IMG/VR virus record: IMGVR_UViG_3300021093_000045
Span: 14,795 to 78,794 of that record
Source of the DNA: a virus
Direction: 5' to 3' (one strand)
Length of the DNA: 64,000 nt
The notes below the pieces were generated by a model. The model did not search any database, was not told where the DNA came from, and saw nothing but the letters and a program-made list of their open reading frames with translations. Shown here piece after piece: positions 32,501 to 42,650 of the stretch; within the stretch, counting starts at the first letter, position 1; each line of letters begins with the position of its first letter. Both the position numbers and the translations under genes were made by a program.

Positions 32501-33501
32501 AACTACGTAAGTTCCTAGTGGGATTCCAAGGTGGATTTGATGGTAAATGGCCATCAATTCCAATCGCTCTAGGAAGTGATATTACCGCTGGTAATACACA
32601 AGGTCTAGATTGTACAAATATCAATAGTCCAGGTAGTATTGCATACAAACAATGTATCGCTGCTCTAGGTAATGCGGATGAATTTGATATCAACTTGATT
32701 GTATTGCCTGGCATCTTCCGTGAACAACACAGCTACGTAACTGAAATTACAATCGATATGTGCGAAGCTCGTGGTGATTGTTTCTATATCATGGATAACG
32801 TCGTGTTCCCAGCAAGTAACCAAACTGTCGGATTGATTGATGCCGCCGTCAACTCAGTCGCTACAATTGATAGTAACTATGTTGCTACATATTATCCATG
32901 GGTAAAGATTCTAGATACTAATACCAACAAGATTATTAGTGTACCTCCTTCAGTGGTATTACCAGCAGTTTATGCTGCTAACGATAATGCATCTGCTGAA
33001 TGGTATGCTCCTGCTGGTCTAAATCGTGGTGGTATTCCAATCGCTGTACAAGTTCTGGATAGAACTACACATAGTGAACGTGATGAATTGTACGAAGGTC
33101 GTGTAAATCCAATCGCAGCCTTTCCAGGTCAAGGTATCTGTGTGTGGGGTCAAAAGACTCTACAAATTGCTCCAAGCGCTTTGGATCGTATCAATGTTCG
33201 TCGCTTGTTGATTAACTTGAAGAAGTTTATCGCAAGTTCAAGCAAATACTTGGTATTCGAACAAAACGTAGCTGCTACACGTAATAGATTCTTGAGTATC
33301 GTAAATCCATATTTAGAATCTGTACAACAACGTAATGGTATCTATGCTTATCAAGTTAAGATGGATGAACAAAACAATACACCTGACCTAATTGATAGAA
33401 ATATCCTTTATGGTCAAATCTTCATCCAACCAGCTAGAACTGCTGAATTCATTATCCTTGACTTCAACATTCTACCAACTGGTGCTAGTTTCGGTGAATA
33501 A
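29566..33501 (+). CDS. gp18: Contractile tail sheath protein with large insertion
   Basis: VSPGVFTRENDLS, YYPWV, WYAPAGLNRG, VNPI, WGQKTL, DRINVRRL, NNTPDLIDRN, TAEFIILDF; GAAAGGA Shine-Dalgarno. Confidence 0.95.
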   Translation: MPITEGGRFSPVQNIVSPGVFTRENDLSGLAQGVANIGGAIVAPFSDGPAFFPARITEVAELEQRFGLADGVYYGPYTAKEYLLQQGVVTVVRVGGLTGYWQKNPLVIYAQPGYWNRNSDLGALTTASFMFLDSDNYSSNLILEYSSSELKSSTTGIKGLAGTTGRISSSLSVTRATNLEIQQFLVSIGWPTIANSNTLSASLASSGSKGKLFKITTTNNSYIFSASVVQQGYKVQPSGGSSEYVLANFDYQKYKIAGNISASIGATKYSIAFSSSFLPSAYYNYLTQSYTLNSNNVTFGLVFGRYPADCALDFSNASISSSKSDAVFTYRHDTSRLRVNGIVSGKFAPKAATAVYYSNYNGTGGFLSGSVLYAGKQVTLGTVSTTNSSGANTYLLRKITGTTPTAGIFAGYYYLTSSVQNQNVTPETKIATAFNESSETVAYLSASMTSSAKVSLDYDTTTFDVNGTLSLHSASFKSIRGASTCGSSLQFLGLVAGAYGDFDGTFTNQDTSGGDPCNPNSSARSKMVLAVLNNTQNASSQFNNRYEVYGFDTSTLSQLTSSVFPYKGLINPNENAYQLILKYSFANDDGTTSAGTYGYYDFTLNESDNNFVGNVFGFDPTAGNPAKQVAGQKVEAAYNYMLFQDSIQRFVAEKTRPSAEGGGWKLLANTAPEAGFAIGEPLKFVDQYSTNLTAGDSQFSITNAYTPWIYSQKIAPFRGSANESAVPTKYQLFKIHTLSDGTLSNKKYKIEISNVKLAGTVPGSDWGSFSLAVRAYSDTDKRPKYLEIYQNLNLNPDSANFIARRIGDRYAYITFAGKIIEFGTYVNLSQFIRIEMADGLYPEVSVPYGFESYSTPVAGTLADIIPPVRYSKASIWSLAPGKYSCGTVFNDVPQADDELVSLYPTSSANVGVYNDTDEYFKPLPSSVNGINIDFDLEDKTRGTQNAKFYANGTGSLLDPSLSGSIPSNYDPVNESTYVKLRKFLVGFQGGFDGKWPSIPIALGSDITAGNTQGLDCTNINSPGSIAYKQCIAALGNADEFDINLIVLPGIFREQHSYVTEITIDMCEARGDCFYIMDNVVFPASNQTVGLIDAAVNSVATIDSNYVATYYPWVKILDTNTNKIISVPPSVVLPAVYAANDNASAEWYAPAGLNRGGIPIAVQVLDRTTHSERDELYEGRVNPIAAFPGQGICVWGQKTLQIAPSALDRINVRRLLINLKKFIASSSKYLVFEQNVAATRNRFLSIVNPYLESVQQRNGIYAYQVKMDEQNNTPDLIDRNILYGQIFIQPARTAEFIILDFNILPTGASFGE

Positions 33502-33518
33502 AGCATAAATTAAACAAG

Positions 33519-33549
33519 AACCCCGGCCCTAAAAAGCCGGGGGTTTTTT
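33519..33549 (+). terminator. Rho-independent terminator after the sheath gene
   Basis: Stem CCCCGGC/GCCGGGG followed by a T-tract. Confidence 0.85.
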
Positions 33550-33593
33550 GTTTATATATATTATTTTTATTATAATTTACATATTTATAAGCG

Positions 33594-34361
33594 ATGATTA
33601 GTCTTTCAGACCTACTAATAGAAGCTAAGTTACCAATTAGCGAGCAAGATATGGACTTGTATGCCAAAAAATACAAGAAAACCATAGATTATTTACGTAG
33701 TAAAAACAAAATTTTATTATTAACCACTAGCAACAGATGGGTCAAACACAAAGAAGACGTTCCAAAAAGTAGCCAACTAGCTATCAAAATTCAAGAATTA
33801 CTTGGCAAAGAAAAGGTAACCTTAATTGACACTACTAAGTTGCATATTGTTCCATGTGAAGGTAACGTAAGTAGTAACAAAGAGTTTGGTGGTAATCATT
33901 GTGGAACGATTGGTTCTTTATTAAAAAACAAAGATCAGAATCCAAGTGGATATCATCGTTGTTGGGCAAGTTACAATGATAAAAGTGATGAATTATGGAA
34001 AATTAGTAAAGAATTATTTGAAAGCGATTGTGTAGTATTTTTTGCTAGTATAAGATGGGGTCAAGCTAACAGTTATTATCAAAAACTTATAGAAAGACTA
34101 ACTTGGATTGAAAATAGACATTCAACTCTAGGAGAAAAAAATATTGTAAAAGATATTGACGCCGGATTTATTGCTGTGGGACAAAATTGGAATGGTAAAG
34201 ATGTAGCAGAAATTCAAAAAAATGTTCTAGAATTTTTTGGATTTAAAACGCCTGATCAATTATTTTGGAATTGGCAATTTACAGATAACGCGCTTGATGA
34301 AACTGCTCGTTCTTATTTGAAGGGTGTGTCTACATTTGAAAAAACATTTATTAAACCATGA
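33594..34361 (+). CDS. Flavodoxin-fold protein, NAD(P)H-dependent FMN reductase-like
   Basis: LLLTTSNR, IVPCEG, HRCWAS..DELW, ESDCVVFFASIRWG, KLIERL resemble FMN_red/iron-sulfur flavoproteins. Confidence 0.7.
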   Translation: MISLSDLLIEAKLPISEQDMDLYAKKYKKTIDYLRSKNKILLLTTSNRWVKHKEDVPKSSQLAIKIQELLGKEKVTLIDTTKLHIVPCEGNVSSNKEFGGNHCGTIGSLLKNKDQNPSGYHRCWASYNDKSDELWKISKELFESDCVVFFASIRWGQANSYYQKLIERLTWIENRHSTLGEKNIVKDIDAGFIAVGQNWNGKDVAEIQKNVLEFFGFKTPDQLFWNWQFTDNALDETARSYLKGVSTFEKTFIKP

Positions 34362-35410
34362 TAAAGCTAAGTAATATTTTGTCGGAAGTTCTCAAAGAAG
34401 GTGGTGCTGGTGGTCATATGGAGCATCCATTTGATTTTACATCTACTGCAAAAGAATTTATAAACGTTTTTCAAAAGTCAATCGCATCGTTGGAGAAAGG
34501 AACTGGTAGTGTCAAGATTGATGGTGTCAATGCTAGTATTCGTTTAGTCAATGGAGAATTTGTGATGGACCGTGGTAGTGCGAAACCACTAGACATTAAG
34601 GGAATGCGCCCACAAGATCTAAGTGCTAGATTTTTACCAAATCAAGAAACAGGTTCAGAACATGGGTTCATTAAAATTGGTACCAGAGTCATTCAAATAT
34701 TTGATGAAGCTATACCAACAACTCAAAACGAATTGAAAGCTCTTGGGTTATTGAACAATCCAAACATTTTGTTGAACATTGAATATGTTGAAGGACAAAC
34801 AAACGTTCTTGGATACGAAGACATTGGTAACTTTTTGGCAATTCATGGTTTAAAAGAAATAAAGCCAAAGACATTTGGTAAAGACGGTAGTGTCAAATCA
34901 AGAGTAGCTACTGAAATTTCTTATGATAAAACCGCAATGCAATCTTATATCAATAAGTTGAATTTGGTTGCTAAGAAATATGGATTTAAAGTATTAGGAA
35001 GTGTTGATACTAAATTCAAAACTCGTCCAAATCTTTCAAAACCATTGGGCGAAAAAGTTACATTGTATCCTCAAGGAAAACCAGTAACCAAGAGTTTGAA
35101 AGATTGGTTGACTAATGTGACTATTCAAACACCGTTAATTACCCGTGAACAATTTCAGAAAGCAGCTGCAAGTAAAAATATTACGCGAGATTTTGAGGGT
35201 CAAGACATAGACAAGATAGTTAATGATATTATTGTTTATATTACTACAATCAAGTTGGGCGATGAAATTCTCAAGAATGCTACTAGTGAAATTGGTGATC
35301 TAGAAAAACATGAAGGCATTGTTGTAAGAGATCCAAGTATTCATAGTAAGCCATTTAAAATAACTGGTAGTTTCATTATTAGGGGACTACAAAGTGGTTT
35401 TGGTAAATAA
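34358..35410 (+). CDS. Putative ATP-dependent ligase-superfamily nucleotidyltransferase (RNA ligase-like)
   Basis: KIDG (motif I KxDG), NIEYV, HEGIVVRD (motif IV-like), PFKITG (motif V-like). Confidence 0.5.
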   Translation: MIKLSNILSEVLKEGGAGGHMEHPFDFTSTAKEFINVFQKSIASLEKGTGSVKIDGVNASIRLVNGEFVMDRGSAKPLDIKGMRPQDLSARFLPNQETGSEHGFIKIGTRVIQIFDEAIPTTQNELKALGLLNNPNILLNIEYVEGQTNVLGYEDIGNFLAIHGLKEIKPKTFGKDGSVKSRVATEISYDKTAMQSYINKLNLVAKKYGFKVLGSVDTKFKTRPNLSKPLGEKVTLYPQGKPVTKSLKDWLTNVTIQTPLITREQFQKAAASKNITRDFEGQDIDKIVNDIIVYITTIKLGDEILKNATSEIGDLEKHEGIVVRDPSIHSKPFKITGSFIIRGLQSGFGK

Positions 35411-35428
35411 AATAAATACATATTTGTT

Positions 35429-36076
35429 ATGAAAAGAGCATTAGGTAAAAGCAATCTCGATATTATTAAAGATTACGTGGATGGTAATCGTCCATTCGTG
35501 CAAGTTGGTTATGATTCTAATCTTGAAAATAGTAAACGCAAAGAAGGTGATGAGTGGGAGGATGGGCAGGGACGGAAGTGGATTTGGAAAAATGGTAGTA
35601 AACGCCGTGTTTCAAAACGAGCATCAATCGTTGTGGAACAACGTTGTAAACACTGCAATATGGATGTTCGATGGGGTAGTTATTTGGATGATAGAACATG
35701 GCCAAAGTCTGGATTATGTTATGAATGTTTTATAAATGAAGAAACTCATCTTAAAAAATTGGGTATTTGGGATACATTCAACAAAATCCGTGAACTCAAG
35801 AATATAAAATCAGCATTGTTGGATTATAAGAATAAATTTGAAGAGGCTAAAAACTGGTGTGACCAAAATCATAATAAACCAGTTGAATTTCTTGAAGAAG
35901 ATGGATCTATAGAACATTGGGAAGGAGTGCCAGATATGTCAAAAATCCGTGAAAATATAGAGTTAGACTTAACAGCCGTAGTAAAAAGATTAGAAAATAT
36001 AGATGCTGAGATTAGTGAATTAGAAACAAAATATGAGTCAGCAAAACTTAAGAGAGATAATAAAGCAAGAATATAA
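35429..36076 (+). CDS. Hypothetical Zn-finger/coiled-coil protein upstream of terminase
   Basis: CKHC...CYEC; overlaps the terL start. Confidence 0.6.
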   Translation: MKRALGKSNLDIIKDYVDGNRPFVQVGYDSNLENSKRKEGDEWEDGQGRKWIWKNGSKRRVSKRASIVVEQRCKHCNMDVRWGSYLDDRTWPKSGLCYECFINEETHLKKLGIWDTFNKIRELKNIKSALLDYKNKFEEAKNWCDQNHNKPVEFLEEDGSIEHWEGVPDMSKIRENIELDLTAVVKRLENIDAEISELETKYESAKLKRDNKARI

Positions 36077-37646
36077 AAAATGTATTGAAAATCCTATATA
36101 CTTCATAAAGAAGTATGTAAAGATTCAACATCCCATACGTGGTACAGTTGGATTTGAATTGTATCCATTTCAAGAGAAGGCATTACAAGACTTTGTTGAT
36201 AATCAATTGAACATTGTTCTTAAAAGTCGTCAGATGGGTATTAGCACTCTTACTGCTGCTTATAGTTTATGGTTAATGACATTCCATAATGATAAGAATA
36301 TTTTATGTATTAGTATAACACAGGAAACCGCAAAGGAAATCGTTACCAAGGTAAGATTTGCTAATGATAATCTTCCTAGTTGGTTAAAAGTGCCATGTGT
36401 GGAAGATAATAGATTGTCACTGAGATTAAAGAATGGATCACAAATTAAAGCTGTCTCATCGGCTGGCACAGCAGGTCGTTCATCAGCATTATCATTGTTA
36501 ATTATAGACGAAGCTGCGTTTATTGATGGTATAGAAGAAATTTGGTTATCATCACAATATACTTTATCTACTGGTGGTAGATCGATTATATTAAGTACAC
36601 CGAACGGCGTTGGTAACTTTTTTCATAAAACATGGATTGAATCGGAAGAAAACGAAAAGTCTGGTAAAAAAGGATTCAAAACAATAAAATTGCCATGGCA
36701 TTTACATCCAGAAAGAGATCAATCGTGGAGAGATAATCAGACAGAATTATCAGGTGTAAAGGGTGCTGCGCAAGAATGTGATTGTGATTTTAGTACATCA
36801 GGCAATCAAGTAGTTAGTGTTGATGTATTGGAATTTTATAAACAAACATACATAAAAGATCCTATAGAAAGGCGAGGTAATAATCAAGATTTATGGATAT
36901 GGGATTACCCAAATTATAGCAAGAATTATTTAGTGACAGCTGATTGTGCTAGAGGCGATGGTGCAGATTTCAGCGCTTTTCATGTTATAGATGTTGATAC
37001 TATGGAACAAGTTGCAGAATATAAAGGGCAATTAACTACAAAAGATTATGGCAATCTATTAGTAACTATTGCTACTGAATATAATAATGCACTATTAGTT
37101 GTAGAAAACAATAACGTTGGTTGGGGTACACTTCAACAGATTATTGACAGAAATTATCCTCATACGTTTTATAGTTCAAGTGATCTCACAATTGTGGATG
37201 TGGAAAAAACATATAGCAACAAATTACATGCACAAGATAAAAAGATGGTTGCTGGATTTACTACAACTACTAAAAACAGACCATTAGTTGTAAGTAATTT
37301 GGAGTTATTTTTTAGACAAAAACAAGTAATTATTAAATCGAAACGATTATATGAAGAGTTGAATGTTTTTATTTGGAATGGACCAAAAGCAGAAGCACTA
37401 CGTGGCTACAATGATGATTTGGTAATGTCTATGGGAATAGGATTATGGGTACGTGAAACTGCACTTAGACTTAGAAATGATCAGATTGCTTACAATAGAC
37501 AAATGTTAGCAGGCATTAGTAAAGTATCCAGCGTTCATAATTCTCCTATATTAACAAAACCATTTGGTTCTCCTACAGAAGGGTGGGATTTCAACCCAAA
37601 TGCTAATATAAACAGTAAAAAAGAAAGTTTAACTTGGTTGTTATAA
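36033..37646 (+). CDS. terL: Terminase large subunit (T4 gp17-like)
   Basis: LYPFQ, KSRQMGIST (Walker A), LIIDEAAF (Walker B), LSTPNG, ADCARGDGADFS, VENN, NDDLVMS. Confidence 0.96.
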   Translation: MSQQNLREIIKQEYKKCIENPIYFIKKYVKIQHPIRGTVGFELYPFQEKALQDFVDNQLNIVLKSRQMGISTLTAAYSLWLMTFHNDKNILCISITQETAKEIVTKVRFANDNLPSWLKVPCVEDNRLSLRLKNGSQIKAVSSAGTAGRSSALSLLIIDEAAFIDGIEEIWLSSQYTLSTGGRSIILSTPNGVGNFFHKTWIESEENEKSGKKGFKTIKLPWHLHPERDQSWRDNQTELSGVKGAAQECDCDFSTSGNQVVSVDVLEFYKQTYIKDPIERRGNNQDLWIWDYPNYSKNYLVTADCARGDGADFSAFHVIDVDTMEQVAEYKGQLTTKDYGNLLVTIATEYNNALLVVENNNVGWGTLQQIIDRNYPHTFYSSSDLTIVDVEKTYSNKLHAQDKKMVAGFTTTTKNRPLVVSNLELFFRQKQVIIKSKRLYEELNVFIWNGPKAEALRGYNDDLVMSMGIGLWVRETALRLRNDQIAYNRQMLAGISKVSSVHNSPILTKPFGSPTEGWDFNPNANINSKKESLTWLL

Positions 37647-37671
37647 ATACTTATATATATGGCGGTAAGAT

Positions 37672-39549
37672 ATGACTGATAAATCATTTCAAGAATTAAA
37701 GAATAGATCGCTTTTTGCAAGATTAAAACGTCTTTTTAGTAATGATGTTATTGTACGTAATATTGGTGGTAAGAAATTAAAGGTAATTGACACTGATGAA
37801 ATTCAATATGCTACAGATCGTAATAGTTTAAGAGATCGTTTTAATCGTCTTAGAACTACCGCATATAATCAATATACCCGTGACTTTAATCTTAGCTATC
37901 AAAGTAGTCGTGTAGAACTATTTCGCGATTATGATACAATGGATATGGATCCAATTCTCGCATCTGCATTAGACATTTATTCGGATGAATGTACAAGTAA
38001 AAATGAATTGGGTGACATTATCTCTGTTCAATCTTCGAATGATGATATCAAACAAATATTAAACAATTTATTTTATGATATTCTTAATATTGAGTTTAAT
38101 CTTTGGTCTTGGACTCGTAGCATGGTCAAGTATGGCGATTTTTATTTAAGGTTACATATCAGTCCAGAATATGGCGTATACATGGTTGAACCACTTAGTT
38201 CATATTATGTTACTCGTATTGAAAATGCACATCTACAAAATAAGAATTTTGTTAAGTTTCAAGTTAATCTTCCATATGGTAATAAAATTGAAGATCTTGA
38301 GAACTATCAAATTGCACACTTTCGTTTACTGAGTGATAGTAACTTCTTACCTTATGGTAAGAGTATGTTAGAAGGTGCTCGCCGTGTTTGGAAACAATTG
38401 AGTTTAATGGAAGATGCAATGTTGATTCATCGCATCATGCGTGCTCCAGAAAAACGTATTTTTAAAGTCGATATTGGTAATATTCCTCCAAATGAAGTTG
38501 ATAATCACATGGAACGAATTATTGCGCAAATGAAAAAGACTCCATATTTGGATCAACAAACTGGTGACTATAATTTACGTTTTAACCTTCAAAACATGGT
38601 TGAAGACTTTTTCCTACCAGTTCGTGGTGGCGATAGTGGTACAAGTATTGATAATTTGCCTGGACTAGAATGGACAGGTACAGATGATATTGAATATCTA
38701 CGCAATAAGATGATGTCAGCACTTAAGATTCCAAAGGCATTCTTGGGGTATGATGAATCATTATCTGGTAAGGCTACATTGGCGGCTGAAGATATTCGTT
38801 TTGCTAGAACAATTCAACGTGTACAACGTATTATTGTTAGTGAATTGAACAAGATTGCGGTAATTCATTTGTATAGTCAAGGATATAGAGATGAATCGTT
38901 GGTAGACTTTAGTTTACAATTAACAAACCCATCTACTATCTTTGAAAAGGAAAAGATTGATGTTTGGAAAAGCAAAGTAGAAGTAGCCAAAGACATGCAA
39001 GAACAAAAATTGTTCAGCAAAAAATGGATTTATGATAACGTATTTAGCATGTCTGAGCAAGATATGATTAATTTACAAAAACAATTAATCGATGATGCTA
39101 AAGGAATTTATAGATTTAAACAAATTGAAGAAGATGGTAATGATCCAGCTTTAGCATTCTTAAAATCAAAGGGAGAAGAATCTGGAGGCACTGATACTGG
39201 TGGAGATGCGGGTAGTGGCGAAACTGGAGGAACTGAGTCTGGCAGTGAGGCTGGTGGTACACCCCCAGAATCATCTGGTGGTGGAAGTGAAACTCCAAAA
39301 TTAACTGAAAAGAAAAGAGATCAAACTGGTAGAAAGGATGCTAGTAAATACCCATTCGGAGAAGACCCATTTGGTAATTTAGAAAACAAGAGAGTTAGCG
39401 ATTTATCACCAACGCACAAATATAAAAATAAATCACCGTTGTCGCTAGAGTCATTGTCGGTTTTGTTAAAAGATTTCGAAACCAAGGAAGTTTTGAAAGA
39501 GTCTGTAAAAAAACCATCTTTTATGGACGAAAATAATATAAAAGAATAA
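37672..39549 (+). CDS. gp20: Portal protein (T4 gp20-like)
   Basis: LMEDAMLIHRIMRAPEKRIFKVDIGN, EDFFLPVRGG, DDIEYL...ALKIPK, EDIRFAR. Confidence 0.96.
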   Translation: MTDKSFQELKNRSLFARLKRLFSNDVIVRNIGGKKLKVIDTDEIQYATDRNSLRDRFNRLRTTAYNQYTRDFNLSYQSSRVELFRDYDTMDMDPILASALDIYSDECTSKNELGDIISVQSSNDDIKQILNNLFYDILNIEFNLWSWTRSMVKYGDFYLRLHISPEYGVYMVEPLSSYYVTRIENAHLQNKNFVKFQVNLPYGNKIEDLENYQIAHFRLLSDSNFLPYGKSMLEGARRVWKQLSLMEDAMLIHRIMRAPEKRIFKVDIGNIPPNEVDNHMERIIAQMKKTPYLDQQTGDYNLRFNLQNMVEDFFLPVRGGDSGTSIDNLPGLEWTGTDDIEYLRNKMMSALKIPKAFLGYDESLSGKATLAAEDIRFARTIQRVQRIIVSELNKIAVIHLYSQGYRDESLVDFSLQLTNPSTIFEKEKIDVWKSKVEVAKDMQEQKLFSKKWIYDNVFSMSEQDMINLQKQLIDDAKGIYRFKQIEEDGNDPALAFLKSKGEESGGTDTGGDAGSGETGGTESGSEAGGTPPESSGGGSETPKLTEKKRDQTGRKDASKYPFGEDPFGNLENKRVSDLSPTHKYKNKSPLSLESLSVLLKDFETKEVLKESVKKPSFMDENNIKE

Positions 39550-39611
39550 AAGAAAAGTATAAATAGCGAATAATTTTAATCTTTACATATATTTATATTT
39601 AATTGGAACTT

Positions 39612-40487
39612 ATGCATAAGAAAGCGAAACATTCTAAGTTTAAAAATAGCGGAGTGCTATTTGAATTACTTACCCGACAAATAACGTCTGATATTCTTGC
39701 CGGACGTGATGAAACATTCACGAAAAATCTAATGTTCAATTATTTCAACGAGTCAAAGGAGTTGGGTAAAGAGTTCCAATTATACAACTTTATATCATCA
39801 CAATCTTCTAGGAATCCAGAATCGGCAGATCGTATTTTAGATGTTGTTTTGCAGACTCGTTCTAAGATTAATAGTCGTGAATTAAATAAACAAAAGTATA
39901 ATTTGGTAAAAGAAATAAAAGAAAAGTATAATATCGATGAGTTCCTAAAGAATAAGATTCCAAATTATAAGTTGTATGCATCAATATATAAATTGTTTGA
40001 AAATGAAAATGTTAATGAGGTAAAGTTTGGGGTGGAAGAATTAATCGAATCAAGAGAATATGTTGTTGAGAATTTGACTAAGATAAAAAAGAATGAATCA
40101 CAACCACTTGATTTGTATAGTTCTCAAACTGCTGAAGTTCGTTTGATTGCTTATAAGTTCCTAATTGAAAACTTCAACAAAAAGTATAGTAATTTACTAC
40201 CTGACCAAAAACGTTTGTTGAAAGAATATATCACAAATGTATCAAATACAAATAAATTTACTGAATTTGTGAATCTTGAATACAAAAGAGTATCTGGTAT
40301 ATTGAAAGAAAGTTCATCTAAGATTGTTAATAATGATATTATTAAGATTAAATTAAACGAGACTATTACACAACTTTCAAATAAAACCATAAATGGATTG
40401 GTAAAAGAAAACCAATTGACATCACTCTTAACTGCATATGAATTAATTGAGGAACTGAATAAGATTCAAAATGAAAAATCATCTTAA
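39612..40487 (+). CDS. Hypothetical head-morphogenesis-region protein
   Basis: KHSKFKNSGVLFELLTRQI; lies between portal and protease. First ATG is at 39612 (the ORF track uses TTG 39603). Confidence 0.65.
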   Translation: MHKKAKHSKFKNSGVLFELLTRQITSDILAGRDETFTKNLMFNYFNESKELGKEFQLYNFISSQSSRNPESADRILDVVLQTRSKINSRELNKQKYNLVKEIKEKYNIDEFLKNKIPNYKLYASIYKLFENENVNEVKFGVEELIESREYVVENLTKIKKNESQPLDLYSSQTAEVRLIAYKFLIENFNKKYSNLLPDQKRLLKEYITNVSNTNKFTEFVNLEYKRVSGILKESSSKIVNNDIIKIKLNETITQLSNKTINGLVKENQLTSLLTAYELIEELNKIQNEKSS

Positions 40488-41559
40488 AAAGTCTAGCGAT
40501 TCGTTTGGAGAAGTTGTAAAAAAATATGCTCAAATTTATCGTGAAAAAATAGAAAATCAGGTAGATGCCGAGTTAAAGAAGAATGAGGCTAGTACAACGG
40601 GCACTATGGGCGTTGCTACAGGCGGAGCGCATATGGGTGGTGATATTGGTACTACACCATTTGCTTTTAATAGAAAAGGTGCTAGACCAAGCGTTGTACA
40701 TCAAGCCGGATTTACACCTACTAAGAAAGTTAAAAAAAGTCAAAATTATAAGTTGGAAAATCAAATGTATAGTGAACCAGCTTATGTAACACCTGCTCAA
40801 AATATTGAACCAGTATCTACCTATAGAGATCAAAATGGTTTAGTACAACATGGTGATCCTGAATTGGATCCTGGTTTAGCAGGTCATGAACAAGGTCAAT
40901 TGCCAATGACCGAACAAGCTATTAAACTTGTCAAAAAAATACGTAAAGAAGGCGTTGGTGGTTTAATTTATAAATTACAACATGAAGTTGAAGGTCAACC
41001 AGTTGCGGAACCAGCAACCGCTGCGTCAACAGCTCAACCTAATCCAGTCGCAACAAAACCAAAAACATCAAATGTAGATATAAATGTTCAATCGTATAAT
41101 GTACAAACCGATTTTACAGATTTTGATTCAAAATTAAAGGATAGTACTGAACAATTAAAGACTAATTTACAAAGAAAAATTCAAGATGCTATTTTGGATA
41201 AAAAGATAGTTGTGCGTGCTAGTAAGGGATATAAACAACCAGAAGCAGATTATACAATCAACGTTACAGGAGTAAATATTGATTATTATTATGATAGATA
41301 TGTAATTGTAATAACGGGTCGCGAAGAAAGTAAACAAAAAGTTGCTAAGTTCTTTATTAAACCAGGATTTAAAATCAGAATTTTAGGAAAGGCAGATGTG
41401 AAACCTAAAGATCAATATCAAATTGCTAAATCAAAGGCTTTGGTTGATCCAAATAAACAAGTTGTTACACAACCATCAAATGTTGTAACATCTGACGAGC
41501 CTGCAGTTGCTAAACAAACCGCTGGTGAAAAGCCACCAGGAACTCAACCTACTGCTTAA
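40471..41559 (+). CDS. Hypothetical protein, possible prohead core component
   Basis: 362 aa, low-complexity linkers, several potential xE cleavage sites (KNEA, LENQ, MTEQ); directly upstream of the protease. Confidence 0.55.
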   Translation: MKNHLKKSSDSFGEVVKKYAQIYREKIENQVDAELKKNEASTTGTMGVATGGAHMGGDIGTTPFAFNRKGARPSVVHQAGFTPTKKVKKSQNYKLENQMYSEPAYVTPAQNIEPVSTYRDQNGLVQHGDPELDPGLAGHEQGQLPMTEQAIKLVKKIRKEGVGGLIYKLQHEVEGQPVAEPATAASTAQPNPVATKPKTSNVDINVQSYNVQTDFTDFDSKLKDSTEQLKTNLQRKIQDAILDKKIVVRASKGYKQPEADYTINVTGVNIDYYYDRYVIVITGREESKQKVAKFFIKPGFKIRILGKADVKPKDQYQIAKSKALVDPNKQVVTQPSNVVTSDEPAVAKQTAGEKPPGTQPTA

Positions 41560-41560
41560 T

Positions 41561-42163
41561 ATGAAACAAATATTAATTGATGTATTACCATTCAAATTTA
41601 AAAAAACTTCATTAAATGAGTCTTTAAAAGACGGCAAATTATTAGTTAGTGGAGTATTACAACGTGCTGACGCAAAGAACCAAAATGGTCGTTTATATCC
41701 AGAAGACGTATTAAAACGTGAAGCTGACAAGTATATGGAAAACTTTGTAAAGCAACGTCGTGCTATGGGCGAACTTGACCATCCAGAATCGTCCGTTGTT
41801 AATTTAAAGAATGTTAGCCATAACATTGTTGACATGGGATGGGATGGTAAAGATTTGGTTGGTACTGTAGAAATTCTTCCTACACCCAGTGGTAATATTT
41901 TAAAAGATCTATTACAATCTGGTATTCTATTGGGTATTAGTAGTCGTGGTCTAGGTAGTGTAAAGAAAGATATGCGTGAAGGTGCTGATATTGTACAAGA
42001 TGATTTTGATTTAATTGCTTTTGACTTTGTAAGCAATCCAAGCACACAAGGTGCATTCATGTATCCACAAGGTAAAATCAACGAAAGTGTAGATAATAAA
42101 ATTATCGTAAATCCTTATACAAATGCAGAAAGATTAATTCATAATATTCTTTCCGAATTGTAA
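41561..42163 (+). CDS. gp21: Prohead core protease (T4 gp21-like)
   Basis: NQNGRLYP, GELDHP, VSH, LPTPSG, GISSRGLGS, DFVSNPST. Start reassigned to the ATG at 41561. Confidence 0.95.
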   Translation: MKQILIDVLPFKFKKTSLNESLKDGKLLVSGVLQRADAKNQNGRLYPEDVLKREADKYMENFVKQRRAMGELDHPESSVVNLKNVSHNIVDMGWDGKDLVGTVEILPTPSGNILKDLLQSGILLGISSRGLGSVKKDMREGADIVQDDFDLIAFDFVSNPSTQGAFMYPQGKINESVDNKIIVNPYTNAERLIHNILSEL

Positions 42164-42185
42164 TTTAACTAATATTTATATTCAT

Positions 42186-42650
42186 ATGATAAAGCTAAAA
42201 CATCTAGTAGAGAATTCAACCGAAGTTGCTTATACTCCTCTTACAAAAGAAGAAAAAGTAAAGCTATATGAAACCATCAAAGCTTATAATGAATATCGCA
42301 AGAGCTTAAAGGCTGAATCTATTTATGAAACAGCACATAAAATTATTGATGTGATTAATTTAGCCGAGCGTTACACACTAAAGGAGTGTGGTGATTGGAT
42401 GGAAGCTAAGATGGTTGAACGTGATATGAAAGAAGTAAAGAGGATGGCCGGTAAACTTTACGAAGAATCACAAAAGATTAAAGAAATAGAACACAAACTT
42501 GAAATGCTTTATGAAGAAATCGGTATGAAACTAGAACGTTATTTTGAGATTGCGGATCCAATTACGGAATCTCCTCAATCGTATCAAGTACAAGGTAGAC
42601 CTGATTCAGTTAGCATTGTTTCTTCAAGAGATATCGACCAACCTAATTAA
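42186..42650 (+). CDS. Hypothetical helical protein (possible internal head protein)
   Basis: MIKLKHLVEN leader; TATTTAT element upstream. Confidence 0.6.
   Translation: MIKLKHLVENSTEVAYTPLTKEEKVKLYETIKAYNEYRKSLKAESIYETAHKIIDVINLAERYTLKECGDWMEAKMVERDMKEVKRMAGKLYEESQKIKEIEHKLEMLYEEIGMKLERYFEIADPITESPQSYQVQGRPDSVSIVSSRDIDQPN

Noticed and set aside
33502-34361. Tail tube gene expected after the sheath
   Set aside because: A terminator and a flavoprotein gene follow instead; no gp19-like ORF was recognised in the window.
35429-36076. Terminase small subunit
   Set aside because: Position fits, but no recognisable TerS motif; left as hypothetical.
41476-42081. 201-aa minus-strand ORF and other short antisense ORFs in the track
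   Set aside because: They lie wholly opposite well-supported genes (here the prohead protease) and show no recognisable motifs.
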